Shown here one piece after another: positions 24,807 to 39,113 of a stretch of DNA of 64,000 nucleotides. The notes beneath the pieces were generated by a model. That model had not been told where the DNA came from and searched no databases. It was given only the letters and a program-made list of their open reading frames with translations. Numbering within the stretch: the stretch's first letter is position 1; every line of letters begins with the position of its first letter. The position numbers and the translations under genes were made by a program. This stretch comes from Octopus sinensis (lineage: Eukaryota): contig NC_043014.1 in assembly GCF_006345805.1 (NCBI RefSeq), positions 13,330,001-13,394,000 on the forward strand. Reading direction: 5' to 3'.

Positions 24807-26149
24807 GTAAGTTCTCTAATATTATTCTGGCATTTTCCACTTTACCATTTTATATTCAGTTATTTCCATATGTGTAATGCGCTGCCATTGTATTGGTAAT
24901 TTAATCATCATACACCAAGCCAACCATCAGGGGTTCCATTCCTGTTTGAAATTACATTATTTACCATGTCTTCTGATTGAATTCCATTGACATTTAGAAA
25001 AACTAGTAATTTCTTTTTTACTACCCACGAGGGGCTAAACACAGAGGGGACAAACAAGGACAGACAAACGGATTAAGTCAATTATATCGACCCCAGTGCA
25101 TAACTGGTACTTATTTAATCGACCCCGAAAGGATGAAAGGCAAAGTCGACCTCGGCGGAATTTGAACTCAGAATGTAATGGCAGACGAAATACGGCTACG
25201 CATTTCGTGCTAACGATTCTGCCAGCTCGCCACCTAGAAAAACTAGTAATGATACATTCTCCCTTTTTGTAATATTTTTAAGGGGTTCATCAAAAGCATC
25301 CATGACCCTTTGAAAGTATCTTCAAACTTGATGGATTAGGGGATAAGGAAGGAAGAACAGAACAAAAATTAATAGGTTATTCTCAAACTAGATAACTGTT
25401 TAAAATATTAGGTTCAAATTTTGGCACAAAGTCAGTACGTTTGAGGGAAGGGGCAGGTTGATTACATCGACCCCAGTGATCAACTGGTACTTATTTTATT
25501 GGCCCCCAAAAAGATGGACGGTAAATTTGGCCTTGGTGAAATTTGAACTCAGAGCGTAAAGATAGATGAAACGCTGCTAAACATCTTGCCCAGTGTGCCA
25601 ACGATTCTAGCAGCTCACTGCTTTTAACCTGTTTCAAATACCTGTTTAAAATATTGACAATTGAAAGGACTTCACTAAAGGTAACCAAGGTATGCCCTTT
25701 GGATTAGATGCTAAAAGGGCTTCTGTGCTATAGGATATATTTGCATGTAGGGTGAGGGCAAGGTGGTAGTGCTAAACATAGTGACAGATTAAATCTACAA
25801 CCCCAGAACAGTTGTTGTTCATCTGATGGGCTTCCACACCATTTCCTTATGTCAAATCATTCACAAGGCTTTGGTTGATCTGAGGCTACGGTAAAAACAC
25901 CTGCCCAAGGTGTTATGTATTTGGATGGAACTTACTTCATTACACTTGCATGAACACAACACACACACACATTATTTTAAGGTGGTGAGCTGGTTAAGGT
26001 AGCGAACAAAATACTTAGCTGCATTTCTTCTGACTATTTTTAAAGAACATCTCCACCATGTGCGCATAGTGTGTGTGTGTGTGTATACATGTTTTTATTT
26101 GTCTTCTTCCTTTATCAATCTACCTGTATCTTATTCTCTTTCTTTGCAG

Positions 26150-26252
26150 CACCTGTTCATCTTATTTGCTGCATTCCTTGTGTTTGAAGTTTGTGTTGGA
26201 ATCTTTTGGCCATCCATTTCAACACTGAGAGGGAAATACTTGAAAGATGACA
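26150..26252 (+). CDS. MFSD5: MFSD5-like exon (HLFILFAAFLVFEVCVGIFWPSISTLRGKYLKDD)
   Basis: tctttgcAG acceptor, GTaagt donor, 103 nt. FExCVGxFWPSxxxLR family motif. Confidence 0.93.
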
Positions 26253-26548
26253 GTAAGTTGTTGTTGCAGTTGTTGTTGTTGTAGTTTAAATTCTAATAAT
26301 CTTGGATTGAGTAGAAAACAGTTCTATCATTTTTTCTTCAAGAATAACATACCATTAAACACATATTATATAATATATATATATATATTGTATATGTGTG
26401 TATGTGTGTGTGGTGCGTGTGTGTGTATGTGTGTGTGTGTGTGTATATATATGTGTGGTGTGGTATAATATATATATATATATAAGGATTATATATATAT
26501 ATATAATATATATATAATATACTTTATTTAAAGCAGCAGAAAATTCAA

Positions 26549-26586
26549 CTGTCCGATGAACGGCAACGGGAAACTCAGAGTAACAG
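26549..26586 (+). ncRNA. Type I hammerhead motif, CCGAUGA core variant
   Basis: CTGT-CCGATGA-ACGgcaaCGG-GAAAC-TCAGA-GTA-ACAG. Stem I CUGU/ACAG, GNRA-capped stem II, stem III ACTC/GAGT. Confidence 0.6.
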
Positions 26587-26695
26587 GTTTTGTTGAATTT
26601 TCTGCTGCTTTAAATAAGCATATTACTCTACCACTGGTATTTGAGTACTCTTTTTTCCACTTGTTTTCACATTTATGTGTTTACTCCGGTATATT

Positions 26696-27492
<797 letters not shown>

Positions 27493-29058
27493 TGTGTGTG
27501 TGTGGTAATAAGTTTAAAATCATATTATAAATGCACAAACAAATGGAAAACAAAAGAAGGTCATCAAATCCTCATCAGTAATCAGCTAAAGAATAAACGC
27601 AATTTCACGCCTTCAAACAATAATATTGCTCCCCCTTTGGTTAGTACTGGCAGCAAGAAGCCACTGGGAAATAGCAAGCCAATGAACAAGGGATCGAATA
27701 TGACATAAAGTGAATAAACAAACAAGAAATAAATAAACATGCAGTACAGAACGTGAACATGCAAACATGAAGCAAGTGCACAATATACAATATACAAAAT
27801 AATATTCAAGATAAGATCTTTCATGGATGGATGAAGAACAAAGATGAAAACAAACAAGACATAATGTGGACATACAAATAAAATGAAACAACGTAAACAA
27901 TATAGGGCTGGAACACAACGTATTTATTATCTCTTATTTTGTTTACATTAAGTGTTATATAAATGTATATAAAGGTTCAATTAGAGGTTAAATAAGTCTC
28001 ATTGAGGGATAATAATATCCAGTGAATTTACTGGTTTATGGCCTACTTTTTATTTTGAATATTAGTTTTAATACTCAGAAATAGGTAATTAAATAAACCT
28101 AGGTTTATATCTATTTAAGAAAAATAAGAAATTAATAATTATGTTAATAGGGATTATGTCTATTTTTTTAATTAATAGATATAATTATTAATTGATTTAT
28201 CTCTATTTTCTTTTATTTATATATATATATATGTTCGTTACCCTTGTCACCTTACTGGCATTTGTGCTGGTGGCATGTGAAAAAACATCCGAGCGAGGTT
28301 GTTGCCAGTGCCGCTGGACTGGCTCCTGTACAGGTGACGCATAAAAAGCACCATTTGAGCGTGGCCATTGCCAGTACCGCCTGACAGGCCCTCATGCCGG
28401 TGGCACATAAAAGCACCCACTACACTCTCAGAGTGGTTGGCGTTAGGAAGGACATCCAGCTGTAGAAATTCTGCCAGATCGGATTGGAGTCTGGTGCAGC
28501 CATCTGGTTTGCCAGTCCTCAGTCAAATCATCCAACCCATGCTAGCACGGAAAGCGGATGTTAAACGATGATAATGATGATGATGATGAAGGTTGTAAAT
28601 TTTTCCTGTATCAAAGTTCAATAAGCTGTAAATAGTTATTTTATAGTTCACAGTTAGCAACTGGGGTTGCTGTGTATGTGAATAAAAATCCAAATTTAGT
28701 GAATAGCTACCAGAACTTCAGAAGTAGTAATTACTCAATGAGGGGTACTCCTCTAGCTGCTCATCAGGCTGAGGATACCTTAGTTAAATGAAGGTTGCAT
28801 TGTCATCAAGGGATCCCAAGTTAAATTGCAGGAGATTTGATCAAAAATGAGTGGAAAGCACAGAGTGAGAGAACGAAAAAGGAAAGTAAAGAAAAGCATG
28901 TGTGTGAAAAATAAGATATTGGAATGGGCAAATGTTTAAAATTTCTAATTTCTAATGTTTAAATATTTCTAATTCTGGTAACCAGTGAATAAATTTCACT
29001 GAAATTATTATATATTTGCAAAGCGGTTGCAGCCATCTCAGCTAGCAGGACTTGCTAC

Positions 29059-29104
29059 CCTGGACTGATGACGGGCAAGACCCAGAAACATGCATGTCTT
29101 CAGG
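29059..29104 (+). ncRNA. Type I minimal hammerhead ribozyme motif
   Basis: CCTGGA-CTGATGA-CGGGcaagaCCCA-GAAAC-ATGCAT-GTC-TTCAGG. Stem I CCUGGA/UUCAGG, intact core, stem II GGG/CCC, palindromic stem III ACATGCATGT, GUC triplet. Confidence 0.8.
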
Positions 29105-30479
29105 TGTTAATCCTAGCTGGTGAGGGTGCTTGCCTCCCCTTTGCAAATATAAGGACACAGTAAATGTGTCTAAGCCTACAGGAAGCGTCGATGCTTCCTA
29201 GGGCTAAATAGCGGTGGTGTGATTCCCTTTACGGGACTGTCACGTTGAGTTGACAGTATACAACCACTATGTCGTCCCACCACCGCTCATGTCTCTCTGA
29301 GACATTTAGAAATTCAATATTTCTAACAAATATTTAAAGTTGTTAAGAAAAAAAATAAGGATAAAGGAAGGGAGAGAGGGAAGAGTAGGAGGGAAATTTT
29401 GGTAAGATTGACACTAGCCAGAGGAAGATGTTTGTGAATATAGGCTGGGATCATTTACTATGTCAACTGTAAATAAATAAATACATATTGTGTAGAGAAA
29501 AATAGCTTGTTTTAAATCTCTGAGTGAAAGATATACAGTAACAGTACTGAATAGTAAAGTTTATCTTTTCCAGCTGGCTATCGACTGGGGCTAACTGTTT
29601 CCCGTGATCAGATAATTTTTTTGCACACTACTGGGAGTGTAAGCACACCAACACATGTTGTCAGCTGGTGGTGTGGGATAAACGCAAAGACACACACACA
29701 CACACACACAGACACACACACACACAACAAAGACACACACACACACACACAAAGACACACACACACACACACACAAAAAGACACAAAGAAACGCACACAC
29801 ATAAACATGCAGTCACACATGTGCGTGCACACACACACACATATACTACGGGCTTCTTTCAGTTTCTGTCTACCAAATCCCCTCAAAAGGTTTGGATCAG
29901 CCTGTGGTCATAGAAGAAGACACTTGGCTAAGGTACTCTGCTGTGGGTCTGAACCTGGGACCATGAGGTTGGGAAGCAAACTTCTTACAGCATAGCCATG
30001 CCTCTGATTTCCACAGTAAAATGGTTAATATTATTCACCTATTTAAGGTGGCAAGCTGGCAGAATCGTTAGCACACTGGGCAAAAATGCTTAGCAGAATT
30101 TCAACCATCCTTGCATTCTGAGTTCAAATGCTGCTGAGGTCGACTTTGCCTTTCATCCTTTTGGGGTCAATAGATTAAGTACCATTTGATTACTGGGGGT
30201 CAATGTAACTTCTGACCTTGGGCTGAAGTTTGAATCAGTATTGCCAAATTAATATTGGTTTCAAATTTTTGTGCAAGGCCAGCAATTCCAGGAGGAGTTA
30301 GTCGATTACATCATCCCCCAGTACTCAACTGGTACTTATTCTATCAATCCCAAAAGGACAAAAAGCAAAGTCAGCCCTGGTGGCATTTGAACACAGAATG
30401 CAAAGACAGATGAAATTGTCACTGAGCATTTTGCTTGGCATGCTAGCAATTCTGCCAGCTTGCTACCTATCAGAAAGAA

Positions 30480-31027
30480 GCTGCTGCTGCTGCTGCTTCT
30501 TCTTCTTCTTCTTCTTCTTCTTCTTCTTCTTCTTCTTCTTCTTCTTCTTCTTCTTCTTCTTCTTCTCTTCTTCTTCTTCTTTTCTTCTCTTCCTCTCCTC
30601 TTTTCTCTCTTCTTCTTCCTCCTCTCTCCTCCCTCCTTCCCTCCTCCTCCTTCTCTCTCTACTCTCCTCCTCCTCCTCCTCCTCCTTCTATTCCCCCTCC
30701 TCCTCCTCCTCTTCTTCTTCTCCTCCTCCTCCTCCTCCTCCTTCTTCTCCCCCTCCCCCCTCCTTCTTCTTCTTCTCTACCTCCTCCTCCTCCTCCTCCT
30801 TCTATTCCCCCCTCCTCCTCCTCCTTCTTCTTCTTCTCCTCCTCCTCCTCCTCCTCCTTCTTCTCCTCCCCCTCCTCCTCCTCCTCCTTCTTCTTCTCCT
30901 CCTCCTCCTCCTTCTTCTTCTTCTCCTCCTCCTCCTCTTCTTCTTCTTCTTCTTCTTCTTCTTCTTCTTCTTCTTCTTCTGTGTCAGCGTTGTCATCGTC
31001 GTCATCATCATCATCATCATCATCATT
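30480..31027. repeat. (CTT)/(CCT) compound trinucleotide tract ending in (CAT)n
   Basis: Direct reading. Confidence 0.95.
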
Positions 31028-31275
31028 TAATGTCTGCTTTCAATGCTGGTATGGGTTGGATGGTTTGACTAGAACTGGTTGGCCAGAGAGCGGCACCAGG
31101 TTCCAGTCTGATTTGGCATAGTTCCTACAGCTGGATGCCCTTCCTAACACCAACCACTCCAAGAGTGTGATGGGTGCTTTTTACGTGCCATTTACATGAC
31201 CCGAACACTTACATTGTGTCAAATTAAAATTCTGTTTCCCATATCTAACCAGATTTTTCCATGTTTCATTTGCAG

Positions 31276-31343
31276 CGCGGGCAACTGTTATGAACATCTT
31301 TCGTATTCCACTGAATCTCATTGTGGTAACCATCTTACTATCT
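31276..31343 (+). CDS. MFSD5: MFSD5-like exon (TRATVMNIFRIPLNLIVVTILLS)
   Basis: tttgcAG acceptor, GTgagt donor, 68 nt (phase 1 to 0). RxTxMNxFRIPLN family motif. Confidence 0.92.
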
Positions 31344-32150
31344 GTGAGTATCTTTTGTCTATTACTTGTTTCAATCATTGGACTGCAGTCATAAAGGGTT
31401 TTAGCCAAAGAAATTGGGCTCAGTGCTTATGTTCTTTTTGTTTGTTTCATGTTACTCCAGTCCACTCAGCTGGCAAAAATGAGTAACGCTGCGATGGACT
31501 GGCATCCCATCCAGCTAGGGAACGCATATGCCATGGAAACCGGGAAACCGGGCCCATCAGCCTGGCTAGGCTTTAAAAGGGTGAATTGGAGGCACGTGGC
31601 TTAGTGGTTAGGGTGTCAGCATCATGATTGTAAGATTGTGGTTTCGATTCCTGGACCAGGCGACGTGTTGTGTTCTTGAGCAAAACACTTCATTTCACGT
31701 TGCTCCAGTCCACTCAGCTGGCAAAAACGAGTAACACTGTGATGGATTGGCATTCCATCCAGCTGAGGAACACATACACCATGGAAACCAGGAAACCGGG
31801 CCCATGAGCCTGGCTAGGCTTTAAAGAGGCGCATTTATTTTTATTTATTTCAAGGTTTCCGTGATGTGATTTACTTATTTTTGGGAGGACACAGTAAGGG
31901 CTGAACCTGGCCTTTTTTAACATAAAATAGGTAGAATATTTTGGCTGGATATGTCCAGTTTTAATAGTAAAGGGGTAATACATCATCAGCAAAATTATTC
32001 TGATTCTATATTTGAAGAAGAAAAGGGGTTTTAATTTACTTATTATATCAATTGTACTAAATATAAACTTGTGTGTTTAATAATTGATAAATATCAGACT
32101 ACCACAATATAATATGTAACATTCTTCTTTTTCTTCTTCTTCTTTTACAG

Positions 32151-32234
32151 AATCTATCTCATGATGTTATCTTCATCTCTTGTTCTGGTTCTCTAATACT
32201 GTCATCGATTTTCCAGCACTTCCTATTTAAGTAG
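32151..32234 (+). CDS. MFSD5: MFSD5-like last TM exon (NLSHDVIFISCSGSLILSSIFQHFLFK*), or spliced at 32230
   Basis: Strong polypyrimidine tract plus tacAG, phase 0. In-frame TAG at 32232-32234 overlaps a GTaggt donor at 32231. Confidence 0.8.
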   Translation, partial: NLSHDVIFISCSGSLILSSIFQHFLFK

Positions 32235-32294
32235 GTGAATCCTTTACCAACAATCTAAAAGTTTTTATAATTTATTGCTGTTATTTTATATATT

Positions 32295-32692
32295 ACTAGC
32301 AGTATCGCCCGGCGTTGCTCGGGTTTGTAAGGGAAATAACTATATAAGCATTTTTAGAGAGTTATAGCCAAACAATAGCAAAAAATGCATTAAAAATGGG
32401 AAAAAAATTATGGTAAATTTTTTTTAAATCGTTGACTCATCGTAGACATTTTTAGAGAGTTACTTCCCTTATATAATAGCGAAAAAAATGCATTAAAATG
32501 GAAAAAAATTATGGTAATTTTTTTTTTAAATCGTAGACTCATTGTAGATGCGCGCTAATACCCAGAAGGGCTCGATATGAATCACAACTATAAAATACCC
32601 GGTTTTGGTTAAACTGCACCGCAAAACGTGGGAGTAGTTAGGAATCTAAATCGTAGGAGACAGACACACAACTTGACTTTTATGTATAAAGA
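32295..32692. mobile_element. Helitron-like non-autonomous repeat (second copy 46897-47280)
   Basis: Both begin actagc(a/g)gtat(c/t)gcccggcgttgctcgggtttg and end cacac..aactt..ctttat..ata. Confidence 0.6.
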
Positions 32693-33309
32693 TTTTGTTG
32701 ACCACAGGTTTCAAAGAGGCCAATTACTGATTCACTGCATTGACAATGAGGAAAGTAACAAATGAGCATCTGTGCAACTCGTACAGAGCAAATATTTGAA
32801 GCATTTTTTTTTTTGGGAAGTACTGTTTCTTATATACACAGGTCCAGGGCAAGGCTGTTTATAGAAGACCAGCAGTCACCCATGCATACCGGCCTCCGCT
32901 CTCCATGCCTCTGATGTTATCCAACAGAAAGGCAAAGGCTGATACAGCTTGGCACCAGTGATGTTGCAACTCATTTCTACAACTGAGTCAGCTAGAGCAA
33001 CATGAAATAAAGTGTCTTGCTCAAGAACACAATGCACAAGCGAATCCGGGAATTGAACTCACTACCTCATGATTGTGAGCCTCACACTCTAACCACGGAG
33101 CCATGCGCCTTCATGAGCACATTTATAATGATCTGGATTTAATTTATACTTTGCCTTTGATTTTTGGTGTATGTGTGTGTGTGTGAGAGTGTGTGTGTGA
33201 GTGTGAGTGAATGAGATTATTCAGTTTTATTTCAAGATTTCTTGCCAAAAGTGAAAGAACCAGTTTCTAACTAGGATCCAAGACTCTTTTATTAGAATTT
33301 CAATGTCTA

Positions 33310-33826
33310 CTGTAAATCCTTGAGTATAGCCCACCCTTGAGCATGATAATACGCAGGGGATTTTTAAGGGGGGGGGGTACCTCTGAAAAACCTAAACCTT
33401 GTGCATAATATGCACCCCTTCTCTAACTTGAGTAAAGAGGTCTATATAACGTCCTTGGTTTGTAAAAATGTATACGGTAACGTCCTTTATTATTATTGTA
33501 TATATAACATAATGCAAACGTGTAGCTTTTTTGTGCATTTTGTTTGCAGAAAATAAAGAAATAACAGTAATAACATTTAATAAATGTTGCTTACTGCAAG
33601 TTATGGATGATCCTTTTATGACTTCATTGCTTTCAGGCTTAGCTTAAGGTATTTTCGCGCCTCACATCACAAAATGCATCTGAATGAACATTGCCGGACA
33701 GCAAATAGAGACTCGGACATTGCTTAGAAAATAATTTTCATTTTTAACCTCGTATATAGTATGCACTAGGGATTTTGACCTTTAAATTTTGGGAAAAAAG
33801 TGCGTATTATACTCAAGGATTTACAG
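33310..33826. mobile_element. MITE (Tc1/pogo-like) with 19-bp perfect TIRs
   Basis: ctgtaaatccttgagtata (33310-33328) / tatactcaaggatttacag (33808-33826), preceded by TA. Confidence 0.8.
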
Positions 33827-36075
33827 TGCTGGGTATTTTTGCATGTATGTATATTTGTAGTATTTGGAGGCAGTTATGTATATATGTATGTATCTTGTCT
33901 GGGTGGGCTCTGTCTACCTTACACCAAACAGCACATCCTTGCTCAATCACCTAAACCAACTGACATCATTCTGATATTTTGGGGATTAAGGTCCTAAATT
34001 TTGAGAGCAAAATATGAAACTGCTACATTCATGCTTTTTCCAAGGACATTAGCCACATAAGCAAAGCAAACTTGCCTCCGTCAAGAATTGGAATCAGAAT
34101 GAACTACCTTTTCCAAAAGCAGTATGGTGGCTTGCTCTCATTTTTGTTGTGTTATGGTATCATATGTGATAGTATGAAGGCACATGACTTGGTGGTTAGA
34201 GTATTCAGCTCATGATAGTAAGGCCATGAGTTCGATTCCTGTCAGTGTGTTGTGTCCTTGAGCAAGACACTTCATTTCACATCGTTCCATTCTACTCAGC
34301 TGGCAAAAATGAATGGCACCTATAGTTCAAAGAGCCAACTTTGTCACATTCTGTGCACGCTGAATCTCTCCAAGAACTATGTTAAGGGTACACATGTCTG
34401 TGGAATACCCAGACACTTACACATTGATTTCACAAGCTCACTGATTTCATATTGATTTCCATTGATCAGATCAGGAACCTTTGTTGTCATAACCAATGAA
34501 ATGCCATATGTGATAGGAAGTATTCATAAAGTGACTGTTATAATGTTGTAATCATGAACTTTTTCACTGACACTTGTTCTACATGCATATTCTAAATCTA
34601 TTTCAGTTTGTGCCAAGAAAACTTGGATTCATCTCCCTCTTTAAACAAACAACAAACAATTTAAGTAACTCAAAAGACAGCAGTCAGTTTTATGCATCAA
34701 AGAAATATATCTTCAATTTTTTAATATGGAAGACAATGCTTATTATCTCCAAAAAAACAAAAAAGGAAAAAAGCTGGGTAACTAAGTGTAGACCAATGTA
34801 TTATTACAAATCTTAAATGAATGTAAATGTAAATGGTATTGTATATTTTAAAGGTGAAATCTTTTCTTTTCATAATAATTCATTCTGCCTTCTATTCCAT
34901 GATGTGTTATACAGACAAACCACACCAATTTAATGTTTTTGATACTGCTAATCCTAAACCGCCCTTTGTTCTATGTATGATAAACTTCTTGTTTTAAAGT
35001 AATCTAAAATAAAACCTCCCATGAAAATTTTATATTAATTTATCACAAAATGTGAGTGCCAAGTAGTGTTTAGGCATTCTATATGGTAACTGCAGTGAAT
35101 TTGCCTTTTAGCAGTTGAAATATGTCACAAACATATTAATTTGTGTTTCAAACACCAGCTCAATAAGGACAAAATTATTTTACTAAATTTTCCACTATTT
35201 TCAAAATTAAGTGAAACAAATGCAGTGCATTTCAATAAAAATATCGTAACAAAATGGTTGATAGCTATGAATTCATCTAACCCTTTTGTCCACAAATACA
35301 TCGCTAAATCATTTTGTTATCTCGCACAGTTTCCAAAACACTGATCTAAGTGTTTTGCCTCATTTATCAGAGATTAGTATAAACAAGACAACTTTTTTAA
35401 TTCACCAGCGCAGTTAGTCTGACTAATTATCAGTGATCAGATTTCTACCTATGCAAATTTAAATTCAATTTGATTAATTTTCAACCAAGAGCTAGATATA
35501 AACTTGACATCACTGGATGTCAATTGACAAGATGAATGGTCAATGTTTTGTACCCTATTGCTAGCAATGTGCCTTGTCTGTTTCTCTGACTATGACTGTC
35601 TCAAGGCCTAGGACCCATAGAGCCTGTTAACTAGTTTCCATGACATGTAAGTGACCAAGGTCACAATACCCCACTTCCTTCAGCTGGACGCCAGTCCATC
35701 ACAGATTTACTCATTTACAGCCGAGTGGTCCAGTCCACTCAGCTGTAAATGAAGTATTTTGCTCAAAAAGACAACACATAGCCTAGTCTTAGAATTGAAA
35801 CCACAATCATGCAGTTATGACCACTGGGCCACACATTTTCAATGTCTGTATCTATGACACTTTAATTCTTACTGGCCCAGCCATTTAGATGTGGAAAATA
35901 TTAAGCCAATGAAAGACATAATATAGAATATATTTATAATGATCGGATCTTTTACCTGTTGCTATGCTATCAGTAAAATTATTTGTTAATCATGCATATA
36001 CCTTCTTTTAATAGCAGACTGTTATATAGTGAAAGTCTTGTTACTGTGATGACAACAGTCTACTTCTCTAGCTTT

Positions 36076-36106
<31 letters not shown>

Positions 36107-36190
36107 ACACTCATTCTCTCTCCTGCTCTCTCTTTCTTTCTTTCTCTCTTTCTCTCTTTCTTTCTCTCTCTCTCTCTCCTACTCTCTCTT

Positions 36191-36225
<35 letters not shown>

Positions 36226-37656
36226 TGCTCTCTCCAGGGATACAGGCATCCAGCAACAGGACCTCCGTAATGCTATGATGGACCGTGAAGTCTGGTGTAG
36301 CATGGTAAATTCCATTGTCTCGACCACGGTTGAAGAATGATGATGATGATCTCCTGCTCTCTCTTTCTTTCTCTCTCTCTTTCCTGCTCTTTCTTTCTTT
36401 CTCTCTCCCCCCTCTCTCTCTTTCTCACTCTACCTATCTCTCTCAACTATGACAACAAGAACCTGCTTTTTCTTGAAACAAACTTTTATTATATCTTTCA
36501 CACACACACACACTTTCTCTTTCTCTCACTTGATTCCTCTCTCTTGACGACAACAACAACAACAACAATCTATCATTATAGTGAAAGTCTATATGTTGAA
36601 TGACATACAGAAATACATGCACACACACACGCACAGCCAAAAGCGATAACTATTTACATTGTTATATTGTGAAAATCTTTTCTTTTTTTGAAGCTGTGTT
36701 GTGTTGCATTGTCTGTATGTTGAAAGACACACACACAGACACACACACCCAAACAACCAAAAAAATAACTATTTACATTGTCATATAATGAAAAATTTTT
36801 GGGCTTTTGAAGCTGTATTGTGTTGACAGACTTGCACTTAACATTTCTGCATTTTTTTAATCAAAACTTGTTAATTACTATGGTGACAACACTGCTTATC
36901 TATCTATCTTTTTGTATATCTGTCTTTCTATCTATCTATCTATCCATTTATCTATCTTTCACACACTCTCTCTCTCTCTCACACACACACACATACACAC
37001 ACTGTATTTCTCAACAACTTTTTCTTCTAAAAATGCATTGTGATGTATATTTTGATTCCTCCTCCTCTTTCACTCCCTCCAATAAACAGACAGACAGACA
37101 GAAACCTGCTTCTCTTTTATAATATAAGATTTTTCAGAATTGTGCGTGCCTGTCTGTTGACCAGAAACTGTACATTGAAACTGAATCAATTACATTGTGC
37201 AAAATCCATTTTAACCATTTAAAACACACTAAGCTATTATATTCAATTTTTAATTTATCTTCTGATGTTAAAAAGTTTCAACACATACCCACAACCCAGT
37301 CACTAGCATCTCCATCATCAAAATTTTTAGTGCACTACAATGACATAGTGCTGATGACTACATCACAGTATTACAATGAAAATCTGACACCTCACAAAGT
37401 AAATGAAAAGTGAACAGCTTTTGTTTAGTTCTGTCATGATCTAATTGCTTTATAAAAATGTTGTATTCTATATTAAACATAGAATCAGAATACACATATT
37501 CTCTATTTGCCATGAACAAGTTAGTTTGACTGTGATATATCTGGTGCAAAAGAGCTTCAAGAAATGTTGCTCAGAATACAAAGAACTATTTTGGAACAGA
37601 AACAAACACAGCATTTTGCTAAGAGTGAACCTGCTGGTGGGCAGGAAAGTGCATAT

Positions 37657-37792
37657 GTGTACAAAAAAATGTGTGCACATGCAAGTGAGTCTGCCTGTAT
37701 ACACAAAAGTGTACAAAAAAATGTGTGCACATGCAAGTGAGTCTGCCTGTATACACAAAAGTGTACAAAGGATGTGTAGACGTGCAAGTGAA
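37657..37792. repeat. 52-bp tandem repeat, ~2.6 copies
   Basis: gtacaaaaaaatgtgtgcacatgcaagtgagtctgcctgtatacacaaaagt units at 37659, 37711 and 37763. Confidence 0.85.
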
Positions 37793-38061
37793 TCCCCAAG
37801 TGAAATATATGCATGTGTTATATGTGTATACAATGTAACATTCCAATTGAAGGTAAGTTTGTTTTGGAGAACAATTTATATGATTTGGTGGAGGAGTTAT
37901 ATTCTGTTGCAAAACCATATCTCAAAAGGGCTGTGAAATTGTACGTTGTTGACTGTAAGTCGGAGACTGTATGAGGTATGTCTCCTGATTGGTTAGGAAG
38001 AATTCATGGAATTAATCCAGATGCAAGTTAAATTTATCAGTGTAAGTTTGCATTGTTTGCA

Positions 38062-38921
38062 TACAAGGGGGTTCTGAAAAATTCCTGGCTTTGGGTAAAA
38101 GAAAATACATGAGAATCATTTAATTATGATTTTATTCAACATAGGCGCAGGAGTTAAATGTTATAGTATCACAATAAGGTGCACAAGTGTTACATCTAAT
38201 GTCACAAGAAGTTACACAGGAGTGGCTGTGTGGTAAGTAGCTTGCTTACCAACCACATGGTTCCGGGTTCAATCCCACTGTGTGGCATCTTGGGCAAGTG
38301 TCTTCTACTATAGCCTCGGACCGACCAAAGCCTTGTGAGTGGATTTGGTAGACGGAAACTGAAAGAAGCCCATCGTATATATGTATGTGTGTGTCCCCCC
38401 AACCACATGGTTCTGGGTTCAGTCCCACTGCATGGCACCTTGGACAAGTGTCTTCTACTATAGTCTCGGGCTGACCAAAGCCTTATGAGTGGATTTGGTA
38501 GACGGAAACTGAAAGAAGCCCGTCATATATATGTATATATATATATATATATATATGCGTGTATGTGTTTGTGCGTCTGTGTTTGTTCCCCTAGCATTGC
38601 TTGACAACCAATGCTGGTGTGTTTATGTCGCCATTACTTAGCGGTTCGGCAAAAGAGACCGATAGAATAAGTACTGGGCTTACAAAAGAATAAGTCCCGG
38701 GGTCGAGTTGCTCGATTAAAGGCGGTGCTCTAGCATGGCCGCAGTCAAATGACTGAAACAAGTAAAAGAGTAAAGAGAGTATATTCCCCTGTCAGATTCA
38801 TGCACTTATTGCAGTGGTCTTCAGTTTTTTAAAGCCTTGTAAAAGAACTCGGAGAGTTGGGCATCCAACCAGGCCTTTTGTGATACCCTCAAAGCCAGGA
38901 ACCTTTCAGCACTTCCTTGTA
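38062..38921. mobile_element. Mariner-type MITE interrupted by SINEs
   Basis: TIRs tacaagggggttctgaaaaattcctggcttt / aaagccaggaacctttcagcacttccttgta with TA ends. Confidence 0.7.
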
Positions 38922-39113
38922 CCATGAATGTAGTTTATTTTTTTAACTAGTAAGATTCTCTACAGAGGTAAATAGGCTAGAAAAGCTGTTGTAAAAAGTG
39001 TGTATTTTGTATATTTGATATCCTACAACTGTATTTCCCAATCACATTTTGGCACAAAACCTATTATTATATGATTTTACATCAATCACGTAACTCATTT
39101 GTATATTTTACAG

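Noticed and set aside
27540-27585. CTGATGA on the - strand in a repeat-like unique region
   Set aside because: No downstream GAAA or stem II/III could be found.
30380-31068. Poly-F/S/L/P and poly-K/R ORFs
   Set aside because: (CTT)/(CCT) microsatellite.
37445-37975. 163-aa ORF and an overlapping short frame (..KRAVKLYVVDCKS)
   Set aside because: Partly built from a 52-bp tandem repeat. The faint resemblance to a transposase segment is too weak to call.
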